A stretch of 64,000 bases of DNA from Callorhinchus milii. Taxonomy: Eukaryota. Made by a program: the position numbers and the translations under genes. The notes beneath the pieces are model-generated. The model saw nothing but the letters and a program-made list of their open reading frames with translations. It had not been told where the DNA came from and made no database searches. The stretch is taken from the NCBI RefSeq assembly GCF_018977255.1, contig NW_024704742.1, positions 110,176,001 to 110,240,000 on the forward strand. The letters are read 5' to 3'. Below, one piece after another: positions 27,355 to 39,083 of this stretch (its first letter is position 1; each line of letters opens with the position of its first letter).

Positions 27355-27676
27355 GTGGAGTCCTGTAGCTCAGTGGTTAGAGCACTCGCTTTGCAAGCGA
27401 GAGACCTGAGTTCAATTCCAGGCAGGGCGAAACCTTGGGCAAGTTTCCTTACTCCACACGCCTAATAATAATCCCTCCAAAACAAAAAACAATAATAAAT
27501 TGGTCATTTTCAATCTACGACTGTTTGTGGGACATTGCTGTGCGCAATTGGCTGCCGCGTTCGCCCACAAATATACAGTCAATTCACTTTACAGTGTTTT
27601 CTGTGAAGCGCTTTGGGACATCCTCCCGACGTGAAAAGCGCTATATGAAATGCAAGGATTATTATTATTATTATTA
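27355..27676 (+). mobile_element. tRNA(Ala)-like SINE, young short subfamily, full length
   Basis: GTGGAGTCCTGTAGCTCAGTGGTTAGAGCACTCGCTTTGCAAGCGAGAGACCTGAGTTCAATTCC; (TTA)n tail. Confidence 0.97.
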
Positions 27677-27984
27677 CCCAAAAATGCAAATTCCCCATGT
27701 CTGGAATGGAATGTGCACGCTCTCTCTGGAGGGATGCATCTCCTGATTACCTAATTCCAAGTAATATTAGGTTCAAGTTGGCAAAGCAAGGCTTGCGGAC
27801 TGAGGATGTGTGTCGGGGAATGGCTGGAGTTTAATCTAAAATAACATATTTTGCAATTGAGAACACTTTCTGGCAAACTTCTCATTGCTTGTGCAGCTAG
27901 GACCACCTATGCATTAGGACTTTGGCTTGAAGGAATAATAGTAACCAAGTGGGAATAATCCATGCAGCTATGGACCTGCCACTT

Positions 27985-28295
27985 CAAGTAGTGCCGATGA
28001 GCCAGGCTGATTGTTATGTTATCAATAGTACCCTAGAGTACTGAGGACCCACTTGCCTCAGGAACTGGACTTCTAAGACCACTGCAGAGGGTTGACTCAA
28101 TTCTGATGACCTGTTGCCAGGTATGTCACCTTGAAGCCAGCTTAGCTTCAAAGAGACCCTGCTTAGTTCCCCCCATCCCCCCACCCCAGGAGGATAGTAA
28201 CTATTTTGTCATTTGTCACCTGACAAGTGCAGGTTTGAACCCTCACGAGGTGGATAGCAGGTACCAAGAACTCTCTATGAGCAGTACAGCTCACC
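27985..28295 (-). mobile_element. Degraded tRNA-headed SINE relic, possibly LF-SINE-related
   Basis: Box B reverse complement ggtttgaaccc at ~28232, gaggtggatagc, aggaactggact..agaccac at 28060. Confidence 0.35.
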
Positions 28296-28402
28296 ATGAA
28301 ATGGGTGAGAGCCATGCCACCATCGTCCTGTCCATAGCTTGGAAACATTCCTAACCATAAAATGTTTACTTACATTGAATTATTAGGTATTGAAAATGTA
28401 TG

Positions 28403-28586
28403 TGTTAAAAATGCAATATTCCAAACATGAATTGTAAAATATTGAACCGTGATGAGACCGGGGTGTGCATCTCACTGACCCATTGGGTCTCCAAAGATTA
28501 CTTTGAAACAGAGTTCCTATGGATCAGTGTGATGCACATCTGCATCCAATTTTACAAATTTGGTTATGAATAGCACATTTTTGACC
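28403..28586. repeat. ~185-bp imperfect palindrome
   Basis: ggtgtgcatctcactgacccat / atggatcagtgtgatgcacatc inner arms; ttaaaaatgcaatattc..ttgtaaaat / attttacaa..gaatagcacatttttga outer arms. Confidence 0.8.
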
Positions 28587-29459
28587 AGATTGTGTAAAGC
28601 ATCTGTCTATTCCAACTTTGGTAGACTGATTGTTGTATTCTGCTGCACAGAATGTACCTCAATGTCAAGTTAGAGCTCCTTCCCCCACTCCCAACACTAG
28701 ATCAGCATGAATTTTCCATTTGCCACTCTCATCATTTTTACAACCTCTCTGAGTAGGATTGCAAATATATTTGCAATCTGTGATGAATTATGGGGTTTCT
28801 TTGCATTGTAGTTTCATTGTAGGTGGGTTGAGGCCTTTAGATCTGACAGAGAAAGGTTGCGATCAGTCTGAGCTGGATTGAAAAACAGATTTCAGAGGTG
28901 AAAGGACTTTGTATTAACCCACTATCTCCTATGAATACCTACGTTTTTCCCAGATTGCATGCCTTCAGGATGACCTGTCACTTTTAATAAAATTATGGGT
29001 TTTTCCACCAAACCCTCCTCACTGTCATTATGGGGGGTGGCCAATCAGCTACTGTCTGTAGATGGAGCCACAGCAGCAAAGGTTTTTTTTGTGCCTTATT
29101 TCTTAATTTAATTTAATTCAATTAAAATAATTTTAATTAGTTATTGAGGGACACTTGATCCCTAGCAGTCTCATCGCAGAGAAGGAGTCTGTTTTCCATG
29201 TGGATAGAGGAATAGTGGAGACAAATCTGTTCCTGTTGCCCGGTAGTCTAGGGAGATTCCCTCCAGCTAGTTGGATTAGGATTCAGAGCTTTGGGTTTAA
29301 GAATAACCACATTTCACAGGGTCTGGTAATGAAGTGTGGAAAAACCCCAGCATATGCTATCCCCTGGTAATGATTATGCTCAGCATTCCATGCACTCCGA
29401 TTAAAGGGGAATATTCTGATAACAAAGCAAAACTGTCAAAGAATAACAAGCTTACATCA

Positions 29460-29660
29460 GGACTTTGAACTCACATAGTCTTGGCTGACACTCCAGTTCA
29501 GTGCTGGGATATGCTGCATTATTGGAGTTGCTGTCCTTTGATGAGATGTTGAGTTTAGGTTTGTCTGTTCAGGTGGATGTTAAAGATCTCGTGGCACTAT
29601 TCAAAAAGAAAAGGGAGCTTCTCTAGGTGTTCAGGCCAACAATCCTCCCAAATAAATGTA
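29460..29660 (+). mobile_element. Deu-domain SINE fragment
   Basis: gctgtcctttgatgagatgttg..tcaggtggatgttaaagatctcgtggcactattcaaaaag..ggtgttcaggccaa. Confidence 0.75.
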
Positions 29661-30389
29661 TTGCAATAAGACATGCCACTCACTGGCATCTGAACAATCC
29701 AATATATAAGTCACGTACTGTCCAAATAGAATATTGGGGAGACAAATGTGTTTTTACAGCACAGATTCAATAATTATCATAGTTTCCATCCATTTCTAAA
29801 GAAAGACTGTAAGTGTGTAACAGGCTTCAGTTCCAATCACTGTGCTGACCTAATGGTGGGGATGGGGGAGGGGGAGATCACACACCCCTCAGCCCTCCTG
29901 ATCTCAGTGACGTGTGTTCTGTTTCACTGACTGAAGGAGACTGTCCATTAATCAGAATTTTTCAAAGTTTCTTGTTTGCTACAAACCAATTACTGTGGGC
30001 AAGAATGAAGGTAGTTTTATACAACCTACATTGTTCAAACCCGGAGATAAGCCCCATCTTGAACCCCTCTGATGGATTTACTTTCTTTAGATGAACACCC
30101 CCAGAACATGCTGAACTTTTGACCAAAGTTAACTGGTTCCTCTTTATCCACACGCTACTGAAAATGATACACCAAGCATTCCCTTGAACTGAACTGTCAC
30201 CAGTGTGCTGAACATGGGAAAGTTACCATAATGAATATAAACAGTTCTGTAATCATAGCCGCTGACAATGCAATTGGGAAATGTACTGCATTTCAGTGTT
30301 CCAATGACTTGAATGCATAGTTAGGTTTGGTACTGAGCCACATAGACCAGCAAATTCCTGGGATTCATCCTTTGGCCTCATCCTTAAGC

Positions 30390-30560
30390 ACATTGAGGCA
30401 TCCTCCCGATGTGAAAGGTGGTGTGTAAATGGTTGTAAATGTAAAATTGCTGTTACCCATCCGACCTGCGGACCCCCCTCTTCACCACCCGCTGCCTCCG
30501 CTCGGCTGGCTCCGGCCGACTGTTTGTCCCTCATCCACCCCCCACACCACGGTTAAAGGT
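30390..30560 (+). mobile_element. Short L2 pieces (a tail followed by an ORF2-end fragment)
   Basis: gcacattgaggcatcctcccgatgtgaaaggt tail; cccgctgcctccgctcggctggctccggcc..tttgtccc. Confidence 0.6.
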
Positions 30561-32529
30561 CTTCCTTATCCCACTTGAAGGAAGAAACTTTTTCTCGAAG
30601 TCAGGGGGCTGTTCAGTCCCAATCCTGTCGTTCAGGACAGGTGGTGAGGACACCTTTTTAATTACATTTCTGCATAGTTCTTTAATTGTCACTGGCAGTA
30701 ATTCCTTAATTATCTCCGGTGATGATTAATGAGTGGAAAGTGTTCGGAAATACAGCAGTCATGACCCATAAGAATGCTTTCTGCAAAAAAGGAGGCCATT
30801 TGGTCCAACATGTCTGTGTTGGCAACAGTTTCCTCACATTCCCCATTTTATAATATCTTTTTCTCAAATATTTATTTCACTCCCTTTAAATTGACTGAAT
30901 TTCAATAGCTACCTGTGATAATTTTACATTCACCTCTCTGCTCCTTCACCCACATAATAGGACTGTGTTTCAGTTGCTGGAAGAGCCGTTTTAAGACACA
31001 ACTGGCAAAACTCCCAGGACTTCAATTGATTGAATGCTGGTCAGAATGCTTTCTGAGGGCTTTACATCTCATCTCTTCCCCTCTCTTCCTTCATAAAGGA
31101 TTGTTTTCAGTGAATGTTTACTGTTCACACACAGAAAAGGAAATGAGTCAGATGCCAGTGGTGTTATTTCAGGGATATTTGGCCACGTTATATGCCTACA
31201 GAAATTCTCTGAGAATTCCTCAGGCAAATGAATAACATGTCCAGGATCACTCTTCACATTAGTGTAATTGTTCCACACTATCCCTTGTACTTTTCTTAAC
31301 ATTTATTTTCATTTTTAATTAATGATTTAGAAGCACCGTTAAAATGAACTGTTGATTTCATACTTAAAGTGGATATCCATGCTTGACTGAGTTTCTCAGC
31401 TCTCTCATGCCTTACATGAAGTATTCAGTGATGTTACGGCCACTGGGTCCACTTAGCTTCTCACTGCCGATCCCGCTGCACTGCTGGGGAATAAATGTTT
31501 ATGATGCAGCTCCCACTTTCATTTTTTTTAATCAAGTATATCTGCTGCCCTGGTAGTAGGAAATAGCGCAGACATGGTGTACACAGTGAATTTGCCTTAG
31601 AAAGTCATAAGGTCAGTTATCTACAGTTCTGTTGATGTACCTGAGCCCCAATACCATTACTATGAATGAAACCCACATCTTTCTCTAGGCACTATCTGTT
31701 TGGAAGACTGATTTTCAGCCAGATCTCCTTGTAACCATTATAGACAGAGGGGTTACTGTCCTGTCAGTACACCACTGGGTGATGTACCACTGAAAATGGT
31801 TTCCCATGCTGTGAGCTTTAAAATTGTATGTTTTTTTCATTCAAAGCTATAACTTAATGAGCCAGCACCTGGTTCTTGCAGGTATTTTTGTCCTTCTCTC
31901 ACTTTGCTGCGCTTTCCCGAATTTCTGAGGCTAACAGCCGTGAATAATAGCTTGGTCACCACACTAGTGATTATGATTACTCCTGTTCCCATGTTATTAT
32001 TCCCGAGTGTAAACAGTGGGCCCTGCAGCGTTCCCAAAGTGAAAGAGATATACCATCAGGATCACAGTGCATGGATTACAGGCTGGCTTTCAGTTCCTGT
32101 GCTGAGGAAGCCTTGTGTTGCAGTTGATTCTGCATTCAATCACACTTGCTACAAACAAAACTCTTCCTACATTGCAAATGTTACACTATTCATCTTGTTT
32201 GTATATTTTTTCTTAAGAAAGGAGGTCTTCAGGTAAGCACTAACTTCACAATACATATGACACATGTGCAACTCATTTAATTATGGATACAAAACATGTT
32301 ACTTCAAGGGTATTTTTCTGATCTCTAGCCCAAGATTAATAAACTCAAAATATTTTAGAGTTGGTTTATCCAATGAAGGATCAGGACCAGTGGGTAAGGT
32401 GGTCCTAGCTGGACAAGCAGCAAGAAGCTTGCCATATAGTGCTCCCAATGGGAGGTTATGCAATTTTAGCTGGTTAAACTCCAGCGGTACCCCAACACCA
32501 ACTCTCGAGTTCCCAAGCCTTTGCGCCTA

Positions 32530-32881
32530 ATACTGCAGTGCTGTTGGGGGGTGGTGGTGTTGTATTGTTGGAGGTGCCATCCTTCAAGTGAGACATTAAA
32601 CCGATATCCGATCTGTCTGTTCAGATGAATGTTAAAGATACTATGACACTATTTGAAAAGAGAAGGCAGTTTCTCCCGGTGTCCTGGCCAACAATCCCCT
32701 AAATAAAATTGGTCACTCACTACATGGCTGTTTGTGGGTCACTGTTGGGTGCAATTAGCTACCACATTTCACCCACAAAATTCAGTCAATCCCCTTTACA
32801 TAGATATCCTGTGAAGCAATTTGAGACATCTCAATGACATGAAAAAGCACTATATCAAATGCAATTATTATTATTATTATA
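32530..32881 (+). mobile_element. Deu-domain SINE, 5'-truncated, with the shared 3' module and L2-type tail
   Basis: ggtgccatccttcaagtgagacattaaaccga..gttaaagatactatgacactatttgaa..ctcccggtgtcctggccaacaatcccc then aaattggtcactca..(att)n. Confidence 0.85.
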
Positions 32882-33109
32882 AATAATGCCTGGACTAGAT
32901 AAGCAGTGCCTTGAAGGAGAGAGAGGGCATTCCATTCCAGGGAAATGCCCATGTGTAGGTGGCATGGATATATGGAACTCTCAGTCCGATTTGGATACTC
33001 TTATATATAGGTTTCTATGTGTCAGACACTTGTTTGGTCAAAAAAATATACTTAACAACAACTTGCATTTATATAGAACCCTTCACACGAGGTAGTGTCT
33101 TGAAAGGCA

Positions 33110-33877
33110 CTGTCCTTTTAACAGGATCTTTCCCCTCAGAGAATTTAGGTCATCAATCAGGCTGAAAAAGAGGTTGTGATCATTTTATTCCTTTTGAGAG
33201 ATCTTTCTAAGCAAGGATTGTGGCTCACTAAAGACTAGCATGGCTACTCAATATCACCACTGTTTATTTGTGTTACAATGTATTTTCCCTCATTTTCTTT
33301 CATTCTCTGCACTTTCACCTCAACACAATGCCTGGGACTCCCCCTGATTGGCATTGCCAACGTTGCTTGGCAGCAGGACAGTGGCACTGGGTTACCGTGC
33401 ATGGCCTCTCCATTTATACGATCAAGTTCTCAGCAAACACAGACTAGTCAGCCACTCAGTGCTGAGAGTTCACTTTCAAATTCCCAGAATTACAAGGAGA
33501 CTTCTTCAATGCTGCTCTGCAACCTTTGTGCACCAACGGTAGGTATATGGTGGGTGGCTGCCTGCAGACCTGATTTTATTTCTAGTCCTGTCTTTTTCCC
33601 CCTTAGAATCATGAAAAATTAAATTGTCATCAAACCACTTTCCGAGGCTACTAATCTATCTATCTCCATAACGACGGACGTCAGTTTAAGGAGTATCAAG
33701 TCACCTGTCATTACTATGACAGTGTGATCCTAACAAACACTTACTCAACCTCTAACACTAAGCCACAATCCTTGCTTAAAAAGATCCCTCAAAAGGAATC
33801 AAATGATTACAAGCCACTCTTTTTCAGCCTGATTAATGACCTGAACTCTCAGGGAAAAATTCCTGTTAAAAGGACAG
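33110..33877. mobile_element. Non-autonomous element with ~116-bp terminal inverted repeats
   Basis: 33110-33225 (ctgtccttttaacagga..aagcaaggattgtggct) is the inverted copy of 33761-33877 (agccacaatccttgctt..cctgttaaaaggacag). Confidence 0.85.
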
Positions 33878-34267
33878 CTTGACCTTTCCATGCCCCTGGC
33901 AGGGACCCAATCAGCATTCTCAAATCCAAACACAGATGCCTGGAGCTAAACAAACCACATACTACAGATCAGGAATTCAGTTTACTGTCAAAATATAGTA
34001 CGCTCTTCAGTGACAGGGAAGAACACTATTGCTTCAAAAATAACTCAGACAGTTAATCACCTACAGGTCATTTCAGACCAGCTGAAATCAGAAGATGACA
34101 GAACTTGCTGGAATAAGCAGAAGGAAGCTTAAATATAATGAGCGATTGTCACTGTTCGTTTCACTCTCCAACTTTTCAGAGCGCTGCATTTGTTCATAGA
34201 GAGCAGCCCCTTGCAGAGCACATTCACACAGTTAACTCTTTCGCACTCTATTTCCTTTCTAATGTCG

Positions 34268-34340
34268 GGACATAGGAAAACAGGAACAGGAGGAGGCCAT
34301 TCAGCCCATCAAGCCTTTTTCATCAGTTGATTGCATCTTG
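34268..34340 (-). mobile_element. CR1 3' tail
   Basis: cataggaa..aggaacaggaggaggccattcagcccatcaagcct; same family as 63208. Confidence 0.75.
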
Positions 34341-34762
34341 GCAGATTTTGAATTCCAATAACTGCTCTTACACCACATCCCATTGGGACATAGGATTTCT
34401 TTAACATCAACAGGGTTTCAACAGTTGAATGTGATCTCTGCTCCTCGAAAAATCTTTACAAATTTTCCATTGTTTAATAATAAATAATCTAATGTTATCT
34501 CTCGAATGTTATAAGATTTGTTCTCATTGAGTTTTAACTTTTATTTAAAGATTTCTGGTAAAATTTATCTTGAAAAACAAACAGAGATGTTTGGTTTATC
34601 TCAGTCCTGAATGTAGTACTACAGCTATCAACAGACAGGCACGTTGTTGGCAGGTTTCTGCATTTTTACTCTTGGGCAAGATGGTAAAATAGCTTCAAAC
34701 TTTTGCAAATGAAAAGAACTCTGCATTTAATCTGGAAAGAAGAGCATTGAAGGGTGTGCGCT

Positions 34763-34767
<5 letters not shown>

Positions 34768-34800
<33 letters not shown>
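34768..34800. repeat. (TG)n microsatellite
   Basis: Direct read. Confidence 0.97.
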
Positions 34801-34802
<2 letters not shown>

Positions 34803-34829
34803 GGAGGTGGGTTAAGGAAGGAGGAATTA

Positions 34830-34915
34830 GCTGGAGGCTCATGTGGAGTATAAATATTGGTTTGGATCAGTTGGGTTTAAATAGCCTGTTTTGGTGTTAT
34901 AACATTCAATGTAAC
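34830..34915 (+). mobile_element. CR1-type 3' tail
   Basis: ggaggctcatgtggagtataaa..ttgggtttaaatagcctgtttt..ttcaatgtaa. Confidence 0.5.
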
Positions 34916-37900
34916 AATTATGAGGTTAAAAAAATCCTTGAGAATTTGTTTTTGTTTAACTGAAAGGAAGCAATATTACAGCAGTAATTTACTTTGTGTG
35001 ACTGGTCCGTTTCTCTTAGATTTAGATGTGATGGAGCCACAGGTATTAATAGCCATAATCTGATATCCTACCATTCCTCTCGGTCCATCTCAGTTATAAA
35101 TTGAAGATGCTGAAAAGCCCATCTCATTGCCTGACTTTGACAAAATATAATCCCTTCGATCCAAAAAAAAATAAGCTACAACTAAAATGTAGCAATTGTT
35201 AAACTGTCACCAAGTACCAATGAAAGATTATCATTCTGAGTACAGTGTAAACTGGAAGCCCGGCAGACACTTCCTTCATCCATTTAGCAGCACAATAAAC
35301 ATGCATGTTCATTATTATTGAATTCATGACTTGGACTCAGTGCTTTCAATGCTTATCACTCACATCTCAAGTGAGTAATAATGGACCATGCTCCAACAAC
35401 CTTCCCAGGCACCTGATGCCTCTCACTATGAAGAGCAAATTCCAGAAAACACCTCTATTCTGAGCAGATTGTAACACCACAACAGTCAATGGCAGTGAAT
35501 CAGGCTATTCTTTTATGGTTTTACTTGTCTAACAATTCTTCTCACCAGTACATAACAATGTTGTGTTTTTATGCAAATGTGATATGAACATAATAAATAA
35601 TGAAATATTGTGTTTTGGGGCATGGAGGTCAGGGTTGAATGATGGACATCTAAGAGATGGATAAATATTCTGGAGGTTTTACGGGTTTCAGGAATAACAA
35701 TACAAGAAATCATAAAGAGATAGTGTGCAAAATTAAATCAATGATAAGGTATAATTTGTATGAATGTAGAAGGAGTGGGCTTTGTGGACCAAATGGGCTT
35801 TTATTATTCCTTGCTTTTAATGTGGTAAAACACATGTGATCCACATACTTTAGGGCTGCTCTATAATACATTAGTATACATTTACTTTTTAAAAAGGTTT
35901 TTTGCCAATGATTGTGCTGGTGTCATAACCATATCCATTTCTTAATCAGTACTACAGACCATTTACTGAACATTGCAGCTTACTTTATACAAGGTTTAAT
36001 TTGCAATATTCACAAAATAGGTTTGACACATTAGTTGGAACGTCTGATTTGTGACTGATGGATTGCAGAATTCATGGCTCACAAATTATGAATCCCGTCA
36101 GCAGAGTCCAAAAAAAGTCAGCGATCAAAATGGCTGGCCATTCCTTGTTGATGTTTTCCTTTTTTTTAAGGACTTTGTTGACTTGGCTGCATAATTCCCC
36201 AGTTGCGCCTTTTGCAAACCTGAAGTTGCAATTAAAGCACCAAGTTCATTTTGCAGCTATCACAAATTACACCCCATAATGTTTTTATCTCCTTTTCAAT
36301 GTTACCATTTCAAAAGAAATGTACGTCTCAGGCATATCAAATCCTATTAGCCACTGACAACTTACACATGACTGACTGAATATCAGACTTCCTCTGCCCT
36401 GCAGATTACATTGTTTTATGGCATTTAACATTGATGAAATGTACATGATGGAAAGAAAAAAAAATCAGTGACTGGATCTTTGATCTGAGAATTGAAAGAT
36501 CAGAACAGAGCAGGATCAAATGGATACTTTATTTTCCTCATTGTTGGCACAATGTGACCTAATATTATGCTATTAAATACTGTTCGGCAAACATCATTAT
36601 CAGCCAAAAAATGAGGGGAGGGGGAAGGTTATGTGTAGAAATATCAGTGTTCTCATGTTGTCCAGTTTTAGGCTATTAGTAAATCTGAGTTAATACAAAG
36701 AAGCAGTGGGTTTTGCACAAAGGACATTGTAGAAATTATTTTGAGCTATATGACAAACTTTATATTTACATTAACCTTTTGCCCTCAGCAAAAATCCTTC
36801 TCTTCAAATAGCTGTCTTTCTGATTAAATAGTCTCTTGAAAGCAAAGGATTTAAGTATAAGAACTGTAGTCTTCAGAGATCATTGAACGCATTGACGTGA
36901 ATTCCAGATCTTTATTAAAGTGACAGCTGAACTGTATAAATTTCAGGGGAACTTTCCACATTAAAACAGAGGTTATTTTAGAGACTGTTTCTCCTCTAAC
37001 AATAATAATTGTGAGCAGCAGCAGAATTAATTACTCAAAAGTCATAACCGACCATGAATTTATGGTAAATGACAGGGTGTTTACAAAATTGCCTGACTAT
37101 TAGAAAATGCACCAAGTCAAGTATCAGCAGAGCATGCATCATTTAAGTAGTTGGTGTCTGGCGACAATCTGCAGCAGAAATTGTTGTTATTGCCTGTAGG
37201 AAAATTCACACTTTTGGAGTGGAGTTCTTTCACCTTTCTTTGCCCAAAGCGCCTATCTCCCTTCATGCCAGCTGTACGATAAATAGGAACTCCGTGACCT
37301 GGAAAATGTGGGACAACTGACACAAGGTGACCCTGAATGCTGGGGTAGGCCCAATTAATTTAAAATTTTGCTTGGCCTTGTCTCTTCCAATTTTCAAAAT
37401 CCACTGGACACATGAGTAATGTGTACGTTACCAATGTGGAAATATTTTGACCCTATTAAATTAAACCAAGGGTAGGCTCAATGCATTCTGGCATGGTATC
37501 AAAGCTGGTCTTATTAAATTCTGTGTGAGATTTTCAACAGACAAACATAGATAGATAAAGGCTTTATGCTGTGTATGTTTTTTTCTGTGTTGCTTTTTGA
37601 CACAGTGATAAGATAACAAGGCTCATGTTTCAAAAATATTAACAATACGATTTTTATACGTTAGCACGTTGAGGGGTGGCTTGTCTAATTACTTTCCTCT
37701 CTCCTACAAATGAATGCTTTTTTTTAATATAAGAGGGAAGCATACAAAGAATGCTGTCATAGAAATGATTCCTCTCTGTTTCATTTTTATTCTGCTGGTA
37801 CATATTTATTGTGATCCAACTGTTTCGCACTCAATAAATTTAACCCTGTCTGAACTGGTGGGAAATTTCATCAAGGTTATATTCTGTTTTCATTTTATAC

Positions 37901-38667
37901 CTTTGCCTGCATCCAGTTTTATATTTTTTTCACTGTTGCTTGTTTTGATCACAGAGAAAGAGGGCAGCTGGTTCCTTGCACCCTCCAACCATGGTCCTCG
38001 AGATGGCCTTTTTCCAACAGCCCAGCTGAGATTGGGTACTTGTGTGGCAAGTCATGGGGAAGGGAGGATGTCTGACGTCACCACCATTGTCTGAGTACCC
38101 CACAGCGGGTAGATCACTGCACTAACAATTTCCGCTGTCAGGCAGCCCTTCAAGGTTACAGTTCTGTTGATAATGATTCAGTGTTAAGTACTTTCGCTAT
38201 CACTTCTCTCCCAACATCCAGATCACAAGATCACACAAGATTACAAGATTGGCCTGGATGAAGAAGGCCTTTTGGCGCATGATTAAATAATTTCTGATCT
38301 AAAGTTTACTATACCCTTTGCATAGTAAACAGTCTTCTTTTGAACAGAGGGGTTTTTAAAAGGCTACTCAATGTTTACTTCCATATAAAATGCTTACAAG
38401 TTGAAAAAGTGTTTAGACAATCCTTCCTCATCGGTTTACAAATCCACATGATGAACATTGTGTTGAAATGTATTGTTGGGTCACGTATGTGTAATGTTCT
38501 TGTAATGATAAGGTTTCTCTGGTACCTTCTCATCACATAAATAAAAGATTTCCAAACACTTTTCATGAAGACAGGGCTGTTTTAAAGCAATCTCTGTATT
38601 GTTTTTGCTAGTTGCATGGAGCTCCTGTTTCTTTTAGTGTGGGTAAGGATCTGAACTTACCCACACT

Positions 38668-39083
38668 AAAACTCCATTGGCTCCCTATCACAGAGCAGAT
38701 CGACTTCAAGATCCTTACTTTAATGTTTAAGTCCCTCCATGCCTTGGCACCTCCCTATCTCTCCAAACGTCTCTCTCCTCACAGCACTACCCGCTGCCTC
38801 CGCTCTACTGGCTCTGGCCATCCTCCTTGTCCCTCGAATCCTCCGCTCCACCATCAGTGGACATGGCTTCAGCCACTATGCCCTGAAGCTATGTAACTCC
38901 CTCAATCCCTTCGTCTTGCCCCCTCTTTCTCCATTTTCAGGCTGCGCCTCAAGACCTTCCTCTTTGACCGCGGCTTTAGTCACCTTCCTCCTCCACTTGG
39001 CTCAGCATCAGGCTCCGCCATTGTTAAGGGCACTGGGACGCCGCCCGGCGTGGAGAGCGCTATATAAATGCAAGTTGTTGTTG
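38668..39083 (+). mobile_element. L2 3' fragment
   Basis: KLHWLPITEQIDFKILTLMFKSLHALAPPYLS; tail gcgctatataaatgcaag(ttg)n. Confidence 0.95.

Noticed and set aside
27355..27428. tRNA-Ala(TGC) gene
   Set aside because: No acceptor stem or poly-T terminator; it continues into a SINE body and recurs many times, so it is a SINE head.
27435..27746. Recurrent small ORF family (MGKFPYSTRLIIIPP.., KRYIKCKDYYY)
   Set aside because: Translations of SINE copies; frames are not preserved between copies.
37117..37323. Possible minus-strand exon (ttttccag acceptor-like site)
   Set aside because: No recognisable protein similarity, no convincing donor and no partner exons.
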